Below are positions 1 through 5,594 of a stretch of 11,886 bases of DNA, piece by piece. Where the stretch lies: UHGV virus genome UHGV-2004451. One strand, written 5' to 3'. Within the stretch, counting starts at the first letter, position 1. Each line of letters begins with the position of its first letter. The notes beneath the pieces are model-generated. The model had not been told where the DNA came from. It saw only the letters and a program-made list of their open reading frames with translations, and ran no database searches. A program made the translations under genes and the position numbers. The DNA is from a virus.

Positions 1-462
1 TGCTCTCCGCTCCGAAGCACGCGATCCGAGCGGCACGAGACGCTCACTATCGCCGACTCGACCCTTACGATGCTGTTCCGGCAGGAGTTCGAGCGGCAGA
101 TCGAAACGCTCCGCCGAACCGTCGTGGAGTTTTATCCGCCGGCGGAATATCCGGAACCGAGCGACGATCGATTCCCGAATCCGACCGACACGCTCCGTGC
201 CGTTCTTCCGCCTCCGAAGATTCCGGCGGCGAGTGTTTCCCGGCAGCCGGTCAAGCGCATCTCTTATACCGAGGTGTCGATGCAGAACGACCGCACGATC
301 CTTACCGACAGCATTTCGCATAGCCGCATCAACACGGCAGCCCGCAACGACGTGCAGGAGCAGACCGACGAGCAGCCATCCTCCAGTGTCGCATGGCTCA
401 AGTGGGCGACGGCGCTCGTCGCACTGACGCTTCTGCTGCTCTTATTCCTCAAACTCCGATAA
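1..462 (+). CDS. Hypothetical protein with C-terminal transmembrane anchor; possibly the 3' end of a gene starting upstream of the window (alternative start ATG 70)
   Basis: Frame 1 is open from base 1 with no stop before the in-frame ATG at 70, so the true start is either upstream of the window or at 70. Stop TAA at 460-462. The C-terminus WLKWATALVALTLLLLLFLKLR is a single hydrophobic helix. No recognisable catalytic motif. Confidence 0.5.
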   Translation, partial: CSPLRSTRSERHETLTIADSTLTMLFRQEFERQIETLRRTVVEFYPPAEYPEPSDDRFPNPTDTLRAVLPPPKIPAASVSRQPVKRISYTEVSMQNDRTILTDSISHSRINTAARNDVQEQTDEQPSSSVAWLKWATALVALTLLLLLFLKLR

Positions 463-472
463 CCGAACCCTT

Positions 473-1255
473 ATGGCCAGATTGAAAACACCGATTTCAT
501 ACTATGGCGGCAAGCAGATGCTTCTGAAGCATATCCTGCCGCTGATTCCCGAACATACGCTCTATACGGAAGCCTTCTGCGGCGGCTGCGCCGTGCTGTT
601 CGCCAAGCCGCCCGCGCAGTGCGAGGTCATCAACGACACGAACACCGAATTGGTGAACTTCTACCGCGTGGCGCAGACGCAGTATGCGGCACTCAAGGCG
701 ATGATCGACGCGACGCTCCACAGCCGCGAGATACACGCGCACGCACGGCATATCAACGAGCATCCGTCGTTCTTCACGCCCGTCGAGCGGGCTTGGGCGG
801 TGTGGGTCTGCACGAAGTTGGGCTTCGCCTCGATGATCGACGGGACGTTCGGCTACGACCGCAGCGGCACGACGACGCTGAAACTCCGCAATGCGAAAGA
901 AGCCTTCACGGAGGAGTTGTGCAGCCGCCTCGACCGCGTTACGGTCGAGTGCGAGGACGGCATCGATGTCATCCGCCGCTACGACTGTCCCGAAGCGTTC
1001 CACTTCGTCGATCCTCCTTATGTCGGCAGCGACTGCGGACACTACAACGGTACGTTCGACGAGGAGGATTTTTCGCGGCTGCTCGACACGCTCGCGACGG
1101 TCGAAGGGAAGTTCATGCTCACGATGTTTCCGCACGAGAAGATAGAACGCCTCGCCGCCCGGTACGGCTGGACGATCCATCGGCTCGACCGCACCATCAC
1201 CGCCTCGAAAGTCTCCCGCCGCCGGCAGGAGGAGTGGATCACGACGAACTACTGA
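473..1255 (+). CDS. Dam-family (D12-class, alpha-type) N6-adenine DNA methyltransferase
   Basis: ATG start 11 nt after the upstream stop. Motifs appear in the order typical of Dam-like enzymes: YYGGK near the N-terminus, EAFCGGCAV (FxGxG-type AdoMet motif I), NDTNTELVNFY, and the catalytic DPPY (FHFVDPPYVG) near the C-terminus. The overlapping ORFs 497..1348(-) and 619..1302(+) have Arg/Gly-rich shadow composition. Confidence 0.9.
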   Translation: MARLKTPISYYGGKQMLLKHILPLIPEHTLYTEAFCGGCAVLFAKPPAQCEVINDTNTELVNFYRVAQTQYAALKAMIDATLHSREIHAHARHINEHPSFFTPVERAWAVWVCTKLGFASMIDGTFGYDRSGTTTLKLRNAKEAFTEELCSRLDRVTVECEDGIDVIRRYDCPEAFHFVDPPYVGSDCGHYNGTFDEEDFSRLLDTLATVEGKFMLTMFPHEKIERLAARYGWTIHRLDRTITASKVSRRRQEEWITTNY

Positions 1256-1265
1256 TATCGCCCAT

Positions 1266-2225
1266 ATGGAACCGAATACTATCCATACCTGCGACGCTCT
1301 GACCGGTCTTCGGCTGCTTCCCGACGAGTCGGTGGACTGCATCGTCACTTCGCCTCCGTACTGGCAGATGCGCGACTACGGCATCGGCTCGATCGTATGG
1401 CCGGACGGTTGGTCGGGACAGTTGGGGTTGGAACCTACGCGCGAGGAGTTCATCGCGCATCTGTGCATGATCTTCGACGAGTGCCGCCGCGTACTGAAAC
1501 CCTCCGGCACGCTGTGGGTGAACTTGGGCGATTCGTATAGCAAACCATACAAATACAACCGCCGACAAGATCCCAAGTGGAGCGAGAATTCGAAGAACAG
1601 CGATTGCCTTATAGACATCAAGGTCGATACGGTGCGTCACCGTATTCCATCCAAGTCGCTCTGCAATATTCCGAACAAGTTCGCTGACGAAATGATCCTG
1701 CGCGGCTGGGTGCTGCGCAACGAGATCATTTGGTACAAGCCCGCCTGTATGCCCGCCTCCGTGCGGGATCGTTTTACGGTGGACTTCGAGAAGATGTTCT
1801 TCTTTACCAAGTCGCAGCGATACTATTTCGAGCAGCAGTTCGAACCGTATGCCGCTTCATCTTTCGACCGCTATAAAAATCCGGTAACGCTCAACGGCAA
1901 AAGCGAAAAGTATCGCTGCATCAGCGGAAAACCTCACGGACGCCTCGAGATAAATCCTCGCGGTCGCAATATGCGGTGCGTGTGGCGTATCCCTTATGAA
2001 CCGAGCCACGAGGCGCACTATGCCATGTATCCTTCGCGATTGGTCGAGACGCCGATCGAAGCCGGATGTCCCGAAGGGGGACTCGTTCTCGATCCCTTTA
2101 TGGGCAGCGGAACGACGGCAGTCGTCGCCCGACGATTAGGACGCCATTACATCGGCTTCGAACCCAATCCGGAGTATGTCGCAATTTGCGAGAAGAGACT
2201 CGAACAGCAAACCCTCTCCCTTTGA
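1266..2225 (+). CDS. Beta-class N4/N6 DNA methyltransferase (N6_N4_Mtase-type); the SPPY catalytic motif favours N4-cytosine or N6-adenine specificity
   Basis: ATG start 10 nt after the stop of the upstream methyltransferase. Catalytic motif IV SPPY (CIVTSPPYW) is N-terminal and AdoMet motif I (VLDPFMGSGTTAVVARRLGRHYIGFE) is C-terminal, which is the beta-class order. A lower-G+C central segment (about 1540-1700) sits where a target-recognition region is expected. Confidence 0.9.
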   Translation: MEPNTIHTCDALTGLRLLPDESVDCIVTSPPYWQMRDYGIGSIVWPDGWSGQLGLEPTREEFIAHLCMIFDECRRVLKPSGTLWVNLGDSYSKPYKYNRRQDPKWSENSKNSDCLIDIKVDTVRHRIPSKSLCNIPNKFADEMILRGWVLRNEIIWYKPACMPASVRDRFTVDFEKMFFFTKSQRYYFEQQFEPYAASSFDRYKNPVTLNGKSEKYRCISGKPHGRLEINPRGRNMRCVWRIPYEPSHEAHYAMYPSRLVETPIEAGCPEGGLVLDPFMGSGTTAVVARRLGRHYIGFEPNPEYVAICEKRLEQQTLSL

Positions 2226-2226
2226 T

Positions 2227-3003
2227 ATGTCTTCGCATACTTACGACAATCCCGCCTATATCGCTTCGTGCTCGTTCGGCAAGGATTCGATCGCTACGAT
2301 CCTCCTTGCCCTCGAGCACGGCGAGCCGCTCGATGCCGCCGTCTTCTCGGAGGTGATGTTCGACCACTGGCGCAATATCAGCGGCGAGATACCCGAACAC
2401 ATCGAGTGGATCTACTCGACGGCTATTCCGCGTCTTGCAGCCTTGGGCGTACGGGTCGATGTCGTCCGTTCGGAGAAAGACTATCTTACGTTATTCCATA
2501 CGGTCATAGGGAGCGGTACGCATAAGGGTATGCTGCGCGGCTGGCTCATCGGCGGCAAGTGCTGCGCCAACCGCGACCTCAAAATCCGGCCCATACATCA
2601 TTATTACGGTCGTTTCCGCAAGCAGGGCGTCGTGCAGTACGTCGGCATCGCGGCCGACGAACCGAGACGCCTCGCGCGGATGCAGGACAAAGGGTATATC
2701 CGTAAAACAAGTCTGCTCGCCAAGTACGGGTACACCGAGGCGGATGCCCGACGCAAGTGCGAAGAATACGGTCTGCTGTCGCCTCTCTACCGAACCTCGC
2801 ATCGGGGCGGTTGCTGGTTCTGCCCCAACTGCCGCATACCGGTCTTCGCCGAACTGCGCCGCCGACATCCCGAACTGTGGCGCGAACTGCAACGGCTTTC
2901 GAAGGTCGGAAATAAGTCATCCGAAGGCTTCAAATACGGGCAGACTTTCGAGGAGATCGAGCGGAGGATGGATCTCTTCGAACACGCGCCGACGCTATTC
3001 TAA
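2227..3003 (+). CDS. PAPS-reductase / DndC-like PP-loop ATP pyrophosphatase family protein (putative nucleotide or DNA modification enzyme)
   Basis: N-terminal PP-loop-like motif SCSFGKDS (SxGxDS type) and a C-terminal cysteine cluster CWFCPNC. The ATG at 2227 lies 1 nt after the TGA of the upstream methyltransferase (TGAtATG), implying translational coupling. An in-frame ATG at 2176 would overlap the upstream gene by 50 nt and is considered less likely. Confidence 0.7.
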   Translation: MSSHTYDNPAYIASCSFGKDSIATILLALEHGEPLDAAVFSEVMFDHWRNISGEIPEHIEWIYSTAIPRLAALGVRVDVVRSEKDYLTLFHTVIGSGTHKGMLRGWLIGGKCCANRDLKIRPIHHYYGRFRKQGVVQYVGIAADEPRRLARMQDKGYIRKTSLLAKYGYTEADARRKCEEYGLLSPLYRTSHRGGCWFCPNCRIPVFAELRRRHPELWRELQRLSKVGNKSSEGFKYGQTFEEIERRMDLFEHAPTLF

Positions 3004-3007
3004 ATAA

Positions 3008-3090
3008 CTGAAAATAAATATGATAATAGTTGCCGGATAACTTGCGTGTTCCGAATAACGATGTTATGTTTGCAGTACGATAAACAACTG
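3008..3090 (+). promoter_or_regulatory. Promoter repeat copy 1 (Bacteroidota-type -33 TTG / -7 TATGTTTG)
   Basis: An ~82-bp AT-rich element about 95% identical to copy 4. TTG at 3042-3044, a 20-nt spacer, and TATGTTTG at 3065-3072 match the TTTG-N19-21-TAnnTTTG consensus of Bacteroidota primary promoters. The leader contains GATAAACAACTG. It lies directly upstream of gene 3118..3540. Confidence 0.6.
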
Positions 3091-3117
3091 AATAATAAAC
3101 GATTAAAACACCCGAAC

Positions 3118-3540
3118 ATGACAAGTGCACAGGCAAAACAGATCGCATCGAACTATATGCGGCAGCAGAGCGATTACGTATTTTCGGCGGTAACGGTTAA
3201 AAGCCTCGCTCCGGCGAACGGACCAGTTAAGGTGTGGCTCACCACCGAAGACGACTACGGGGACGAACTGATCGTCGAGGTCGAGATGGACCCGCAGTCG
3301 AATGAGATCCGCTGGAAGAAGATCTGCAACACGGGACGCCTATCCGAATATCTGAAGCCGGCTACTCGGATCGATAAACTTTCGGCAGGACAACGCTTCC
3401 GGCTGCAAGGCGACTGCGTGGTTTACGAGTTCGTGGACAATGTAAAGGACCGCAGCAGTATTCCCTATATCATCCGACGGGCGGACCGGTCCGGTTGCGT
3501 ATCGAGAGTCGGATGGCAGGAAGTTTTTCCTATCGAGTAA
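3118..3540 (+). CDS. Hypothetical small protein (141 aa), first gene behind promoter repeat copy 1
   Basis: The ORF track gives 3046..3540, but its GTG start lies inside the promoter repeat (-7 box at 3065-3072). The first ATG downstream of the predicted transcription start is 3118. Balanced amino-acid composition; stop TAA at 3538-3540 is followed by a hairpin at 3550-3576. No recognisable motif. Confidence 0.6.
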   Translation: MTSAQAKQIASNYMRQQSDYVFSAVTVKSLAPANGPVKVWLTTEDDYGDELIVEVEMDPQSNEIRWKKICNTGRLSEYLKPATRIDKLSAGQRFRLQGDCVVYEFVDNVKDRSSIPYIIRRADRSGCVSRVGWQEVFPIE

Positions 3541-3549
3541 CCGATAACC

Positions 3550-3576
3550 GCGCACCTTGCCGAAAGGCAGGTGCGC
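3550..3576 (+). terminator. Stem-loop downstream of gene 3118..3540 (possible terminator or RNA processing site)
   Basis: GCGCACCTTGCC-GAAA-GGCAGGTGCGC: an 11-bp GC-rich stem with one bulged base and a GAAA tetraloop. No U-tract follows, so intrinsic-terminator function is uncertain. Confidence 0.4.
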
Positions 3577-3589
3577 ATAAAACGATACG

Positions 3590-3808
3590 ATGATGAAACT
3601 CCGCCGAACAAAAACCGGAACTTACACGATTGCGGGTATTACCGCAACTCAATATCGCGCCCTTGCGGCTGTGCTTACTACCGCCGATGGGCGTTGCTTC
3701 GACGAGCAGGACGGGGACGGCAACTATTACAGCAACGACGATTTCGTCTGCTCGCTCGATGGCGATGAACGCGAGGCATTGCGACAGGTGTGCGACGCGC
3801 TTCGATAA
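3590..3808 (+). CDS. Hypothetical small acidic protein (72 aa)
   Basis: ATG at 3590, 14 nt after the 3550-3576 hairpin. The C-terminal half is Asp/Glu-rich (DEQDGDGNYYSNDDFVCSLDGDERE). The competing frame 3571..3768 is Arg-rich and looks like a shadow ORF. Stop TAA at 3806-3808 lies just before promoter repeat copy 2. Confidence 0.45.
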   Translation: MMKLRRTKTGTYTIAGITATQYRALAAVLTTADGRCFDEQDGDGNYYSNDDFVCSLDGDEREALRQVCDALR

Positions 3809-3819
3809 CGTGTAAGATA

Positions 3820-3901
3820 TTGAAAATAAATGCGATAATAATTGCAGAAAGACTTGCGTGTCCCGAATTATGATGCCATCTTTGCAGCGTGATAAACAAC
3901 T
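3820..3901 (+). promoter_or_regulatory. Promoter repeat copy 2 (degenerate -7 box CATCTTTG)
   Basis: Same element with several substitutions. TTG at 3854-3856, 20-nt spacer, CATCTTTG at 3877-3884, then GATAAACAACT at 3891-3901. Directly upstream of gene 3917..4249. Confidence 0.5.
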
Positions 3902-3916
3902 AATATAGAGCGTATT

Positions 3917-4249
3917 ATGAGTACAAAAGCAAGAATCGGAGTAAGACTTCCCGACGGAAAAATCAAAAGCATCCATATATGGCGGGACGGACATCCCGAT
4001 ACGTTGGGCGAAATGTTGTCTGCGCACTACAATACATTGGAATCGGCAATGGCACTGGTCGAACGAGGCAACATAATCGATGTGGAGGCACGTCTCGAAG
4101 AGTGCCGGTTCGAGAAATCGAATGAACGGTGCGAAACCGAGCCTCGGATTTATAAAACGGTCGCCGCCTACGAACGAGAAATCGAGGAGGATATATGTTA
4201 CAAATATCTCTATCGGGACGGCAAGTGGGAATACCGGGCGGTCGATTAG
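3917..4249 (+). CDS. Hypothetical small protein (110 aa), behind promoter repeat copy 2
   Basis: ATG at 3917, about 25 nt downstream of the predicted transcription start of promoter copy 2. Protein-like composition with a Glu-rich C-terminus. Followed by a structured 3' region containing hairpins at 4285-4302 and 4337-4367. Confidence 0.65.
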   Translation: MSTKARIGVRLPDGKIKSIHIWRDGHPDTLGEMLSAHYNTLESAMALVERGNIIDVEARLEECRFEKSNERCETEPRIYKTVAAYEREIEEDICYKYLYRDGKWEYRAVD

Positions 4250-4284
4250 TAACCGACTTCCGATCGTAAGGAGCGAATGCTCCG

Positions 4285-4304
4285 AGCCTCCGACGGGAGG
4301 CTTT
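4285..4304 (+). terminator. Hairpin plus short T-run in the 3' region of gene 3917..4249
   Basis: AGCCTCC-GACG-GGAGGCT (perfect 7-bp stem) followed by TT. It is preceded by a second small hairpin GGAGC-GAAT-GCTCC at 4270-4283. Confidence 0.35.
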
Positions 4305-4316
4305 CCCTCGTTTCGT

Positions 4317-4397
4317 CCATTCAGTTGTTTATTGCGACCGGAGCCGTGCATCGTGTACGGCTCCGGTTTTCGTTCGAAGGCGGGACATTGTTTCTGC
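4317..4397 (+). repeat. Conserved structured 3' element, copy A
   Basis: CCATTCAGTTGTTTATTGCG, then the CCGGAGCCG/CGGCTCCGG hairpin with a loop containing CATCNTGT, then GGGACATTGTTTCTGC. Shares flank, stem core, loop motif and downstream motif with copy B. Confidence 0.6.
4337..4370 (+). terminator. Intrinsic-terminator-like hairpin (core of conserved 3' element copy A)
   Basis: ACCGGAGCCGT-GCATCGTGT-ACGGCTCCGGT: a perfect 11-bp stem followed by TTTT. Confidence 0.55.
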
Positions 4398-4469
4398 AAC
4401 GGATCTTCGGCAGCATGTATATTTACCATATGGGATATGCTTGATAAATAGTTGATATTCTTTGAATTA

Positions 4470-4533
4470 AGTTGTCGATAAACTTGCGCGTCCCGAATAA
4501 TGATGTTATGTTTGCAGTGCAACAAACAATTGA
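4470..4533 (+). promoter_or_regulatory. Promoter repeat copy 3 (core only; upstream part divergent)
   Basis: TTG at 4484-4486, 20-nt spacer, TATGTTTG at 4507-4514, with the conserved core CTTGCGCGTCCCGAATAATGATGTTATGTTTGCAGTGC. The leader motif is altered to CAACAAACAATTG. Upstream of gene 4560..4778. Confidence 0.55.
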
Positions 4534-4559
4534 ACTACAATCTATTAAACGACTCGATC

Positions 4560-4778
4560 ATGAATACTGCGAATCGAAAAAGAACGGAGATCGACGCCGA
4601 ACTCGACCGGTTGGAGGTCGAATTCGAAAAGAACCGTAAGGAGATGCAAGGCCTTGCCGACGAGAACAGACGTGCCGGCAACCGCTACGGCGAATTATCG
4701 AATGCGAATCACGACATCAACAACCGGATCCTCACATTGCTCGCTGAGCGTTGGGAATCGGAAGAGACGGCTGATTGA
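4560..4778 (+). CDS. Hypothetical small coiled-coil protein (72 aa), behind promoter repeat copy 3
   Basis: The ORF track gives 4500..4778, but that start lies inside promoter copy 3 (-7 box at 4507-4514). The first ATG in the leader is 4560. The sequence is charged with heptad-like spacing (EIDAELDRLEVEFEKNRKEMQGLADENRR). Stop TGA at 4776-4778 is followed by a GC-rich hairpin. Confidence 0.55.
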   Translation: MNTANRKRTEIDAELDRLEVEFEKNRKEMQGLADENRRAGNRYGELSNANHDINNRILTLLAERWESEETAD

Positions 4779-4791
4779 CGAAACGAGAGAC

Positions 4792-4824
4792 GACCCCGCC
4801 GAGAAACCGTCTTCGGGGCGGGGT
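4792..4824 (+). terminator. GC-rich hairpin downstream of gene 4560..4778
   Basis: ACCCCGCC...GGCGGGGT: an 8-bp G+C stem with a 16-nt loop that can partly pair (GAA/TTC), followed by TT. It begins 14 nt after the stop codon. Confidence 0.45.
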
Positions 4825-4855
4825 TAAGACCCGAAACAGGAGAACACATAAAGAG

Positions 4856-5053
4856 ATGAAAACGATGAATGCAAATGCAACGGTAGGCGACAAGATTCGC
4901 ATTATCCATCTTCGCGACGAGGACAGCCGTTACGACGGCAAGGAGGGTACGATCGAGTTCATCGACTCGCTCGGACAACTGCACGGCACGTGGGGTGGCT
5001 TGGCAGTCATTCCCGAAGTCGATCGGTTCGTAATTATCGAGAAACCGGAATAA
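4856..5053 (+). CDS. Hypothetical small protein (66 aa), beta-rich, reminiscent of small DUF-type domains common in phages and mobile elements
   Basis: The ORF track gives 4775..5053, starting at a TTG that overlaps the upstream hairpin. The first ATG after the hairpin is 4856. The motif GDKIRIIHLRDEDSRYDGKEGTIEFIDSLGQLHGTWGGLAVIPEVDRFVI looks like a small SH3/KOW-like beta domain. That assignment comes from memory only and is not verified. Confidence 0.5.
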   Translation: MKTMNANATVGDKIRIIHLRDEDSRYDGKEGTIEFIDSLGQLHGTWGGLAVIPEVDRFVIIEKPE

Positions 5054-5074
5054 TCGCCGGCAACGATAATGCTC

Positions 5075-5096
5075 GGTTCCGCCATCTTTTCGGAAC
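5075..5096 (+). terminator. Weak hairpin downstream of gene 4856..5053
   Basis: GGTTCCG-CCATCTTTT-CGGAAC: a 6-bp stem with a U-rich loop, lying between the stop codon and promoter repeat copy 4. Confidence 0.3.
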
Positions 5097-5106
5097 ACCT
5101 AATTTA

Positions 5107-5188
5107 CTGAAAATAAATACGATAATAGTCGCCGAACAACTTGCGTGTTCCGAATAACGATGTTATGTTTGCAGTACGATAAACAACT
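5107..5188 (+). promoter_or_regulatory. Promoter repeat copy 4 (near-identical to copy 1)
   Basis: TTG at 5141-5143, 20-nt spacer, TATGTTTG at 5164-5171, leader GATAAACAACT at 5178-5188. About 4 mismatches to copy 1 over 82 bp. Directly upstream of gene 5204..5491. Confidence 0.6.
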
Positions 5189-5203
5189 AAAAAAGAGCGA
5201 ATT

Positions 5204-5491
5204 ATGAGAACGAACATCGAACGGTTTTTAGAGAGATTCCCGAAGAATGCCACGAATTGGGCGCAGGCGACGGACGAGGTGCGCGACATGGCTCGCAAGG
5301 CTCGCGAATTGTTGGAAGAGTACGAAGGCGTCATCGTCGAACCGGTAAATTTCCGGGCTATCGAGACCCCGGCCGAGTGGAATACCGAAGGTCGCGAGTT
5401 CATCCTGACGAATTTCGATCGCATGGCGGATAGGACCAAAGAGCGCTTCTACGACTACTTCCGCGAGTGGTTCGAAGGCGAAGAGGAATAG
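5204..5491 (+). CDS. Hypothetical small protein (95 aa) with acidic C-terminus, behind promoter repeat copy 4
   Basis: ATG at 5204, about 25 nt downstream of the predicted transcription start of promoter copy 4. C-terminus is FREWFEGEEE. Stop TAG at 5489-5491 is followed by a perfect 14-bp hairpin at 5500-5536. Confidence 0.65.
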   Translation: MRTNIERFLERFPKNATNWAQATDEVRDMARKARELLEEYEGVIVEPVNFRAIETPAEWNTEGREFILTNFDRMADRTKERFYDYFREWFEGEEE

Positions 5492-5499
5492 ACCGACGC

Positions 5500-5536
5500 A
5501 CGGATGCTCCCCGCAGCTCGAACGGGGAGCATCCGT
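5500..5536 (+). terminator. Strong hairpin downstream of gene 5204..5491
   Basis: ACGGATGCTCCCCG-CAGCTCGAA-CGGGGAGCATCCGT: a perfect 14-bp stem beginning 9 nt after the stop codon. No U-tract follows. Confidence 0.5.
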
Positions 5537-5594
5537 CCTAACCCCGGAGTAGGGTTGCACACGTCGTCTCTTTCGATAGGAAATCTATCGTGCT

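Noticed and set aside
497-1348. 283-aa minus-strand ORF and 227-aa plus-strand ORF (619..1302) overlapping the Dam-like methyltransferase gene
   Set aside because: Arg/Gly/Ala-rich composition typical of out-of-frame or antisense translation of GC-rich coding DNA. The methyltransferase frame carries clear catalytic motifs.
2176-2226. Upstream in-frame ATG at 2176 for the PAPS-reductase-like gene
   Set aside because: It would overlap the methyltransferase gene by 50 nt. The ATG at 2227 immediately after the upstream stop gives classic translational coupling. Not excluded, only less likely.
3046-3117. N-terminal extensions of the small genes (GTG at 3046, start at 4500, TTG at 4775) given in the ORF track
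   Set aside because: These starts lie inside the promoter repeats or terminator hairpins, upstream of the predicted transcription starts. The first ATG in each leader was used instead.
2930-3148. Minus-strand ORFs 2930..3148 and 5104..5439 encoding near-identical peptides (VYRTANITSLFGTRKL)
   Set aside because: The shared peptide is simply the translation of the promoter repeat on the opposite strand. It is useful as confirmation of the repeat but not evidence of a gene.
4250-4440. Structured non-coding region considered as a possible tRNA or tmRNA-like gene
   Set aside because: The hairpins do not assemble into a cloverleaf with acceptor stem and anticodon arm. It is better explained as a terminator or structured 3' UTR element and is reported as a repeat instead.
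3530-4525. 331-aa minus-strand ORF spanning the small-gene island
   Set aside because: It runs antisense across two promoter repeats and three plus-strand genes with their hairpins. A real CDS would not be expected to span repeated intergenic regulatory elements, and the translation is low-complexity.
3008-5188. Possibility that the four direct repeats form a CRISPR array
   Set aside because: Repeats are about 82 bp, AT-rich and non-palindromic, with irregular spacing of 300-800 bp occupied by protein-coding genes. They contain promoter consensus boxes. This is not CRISPR architecture.
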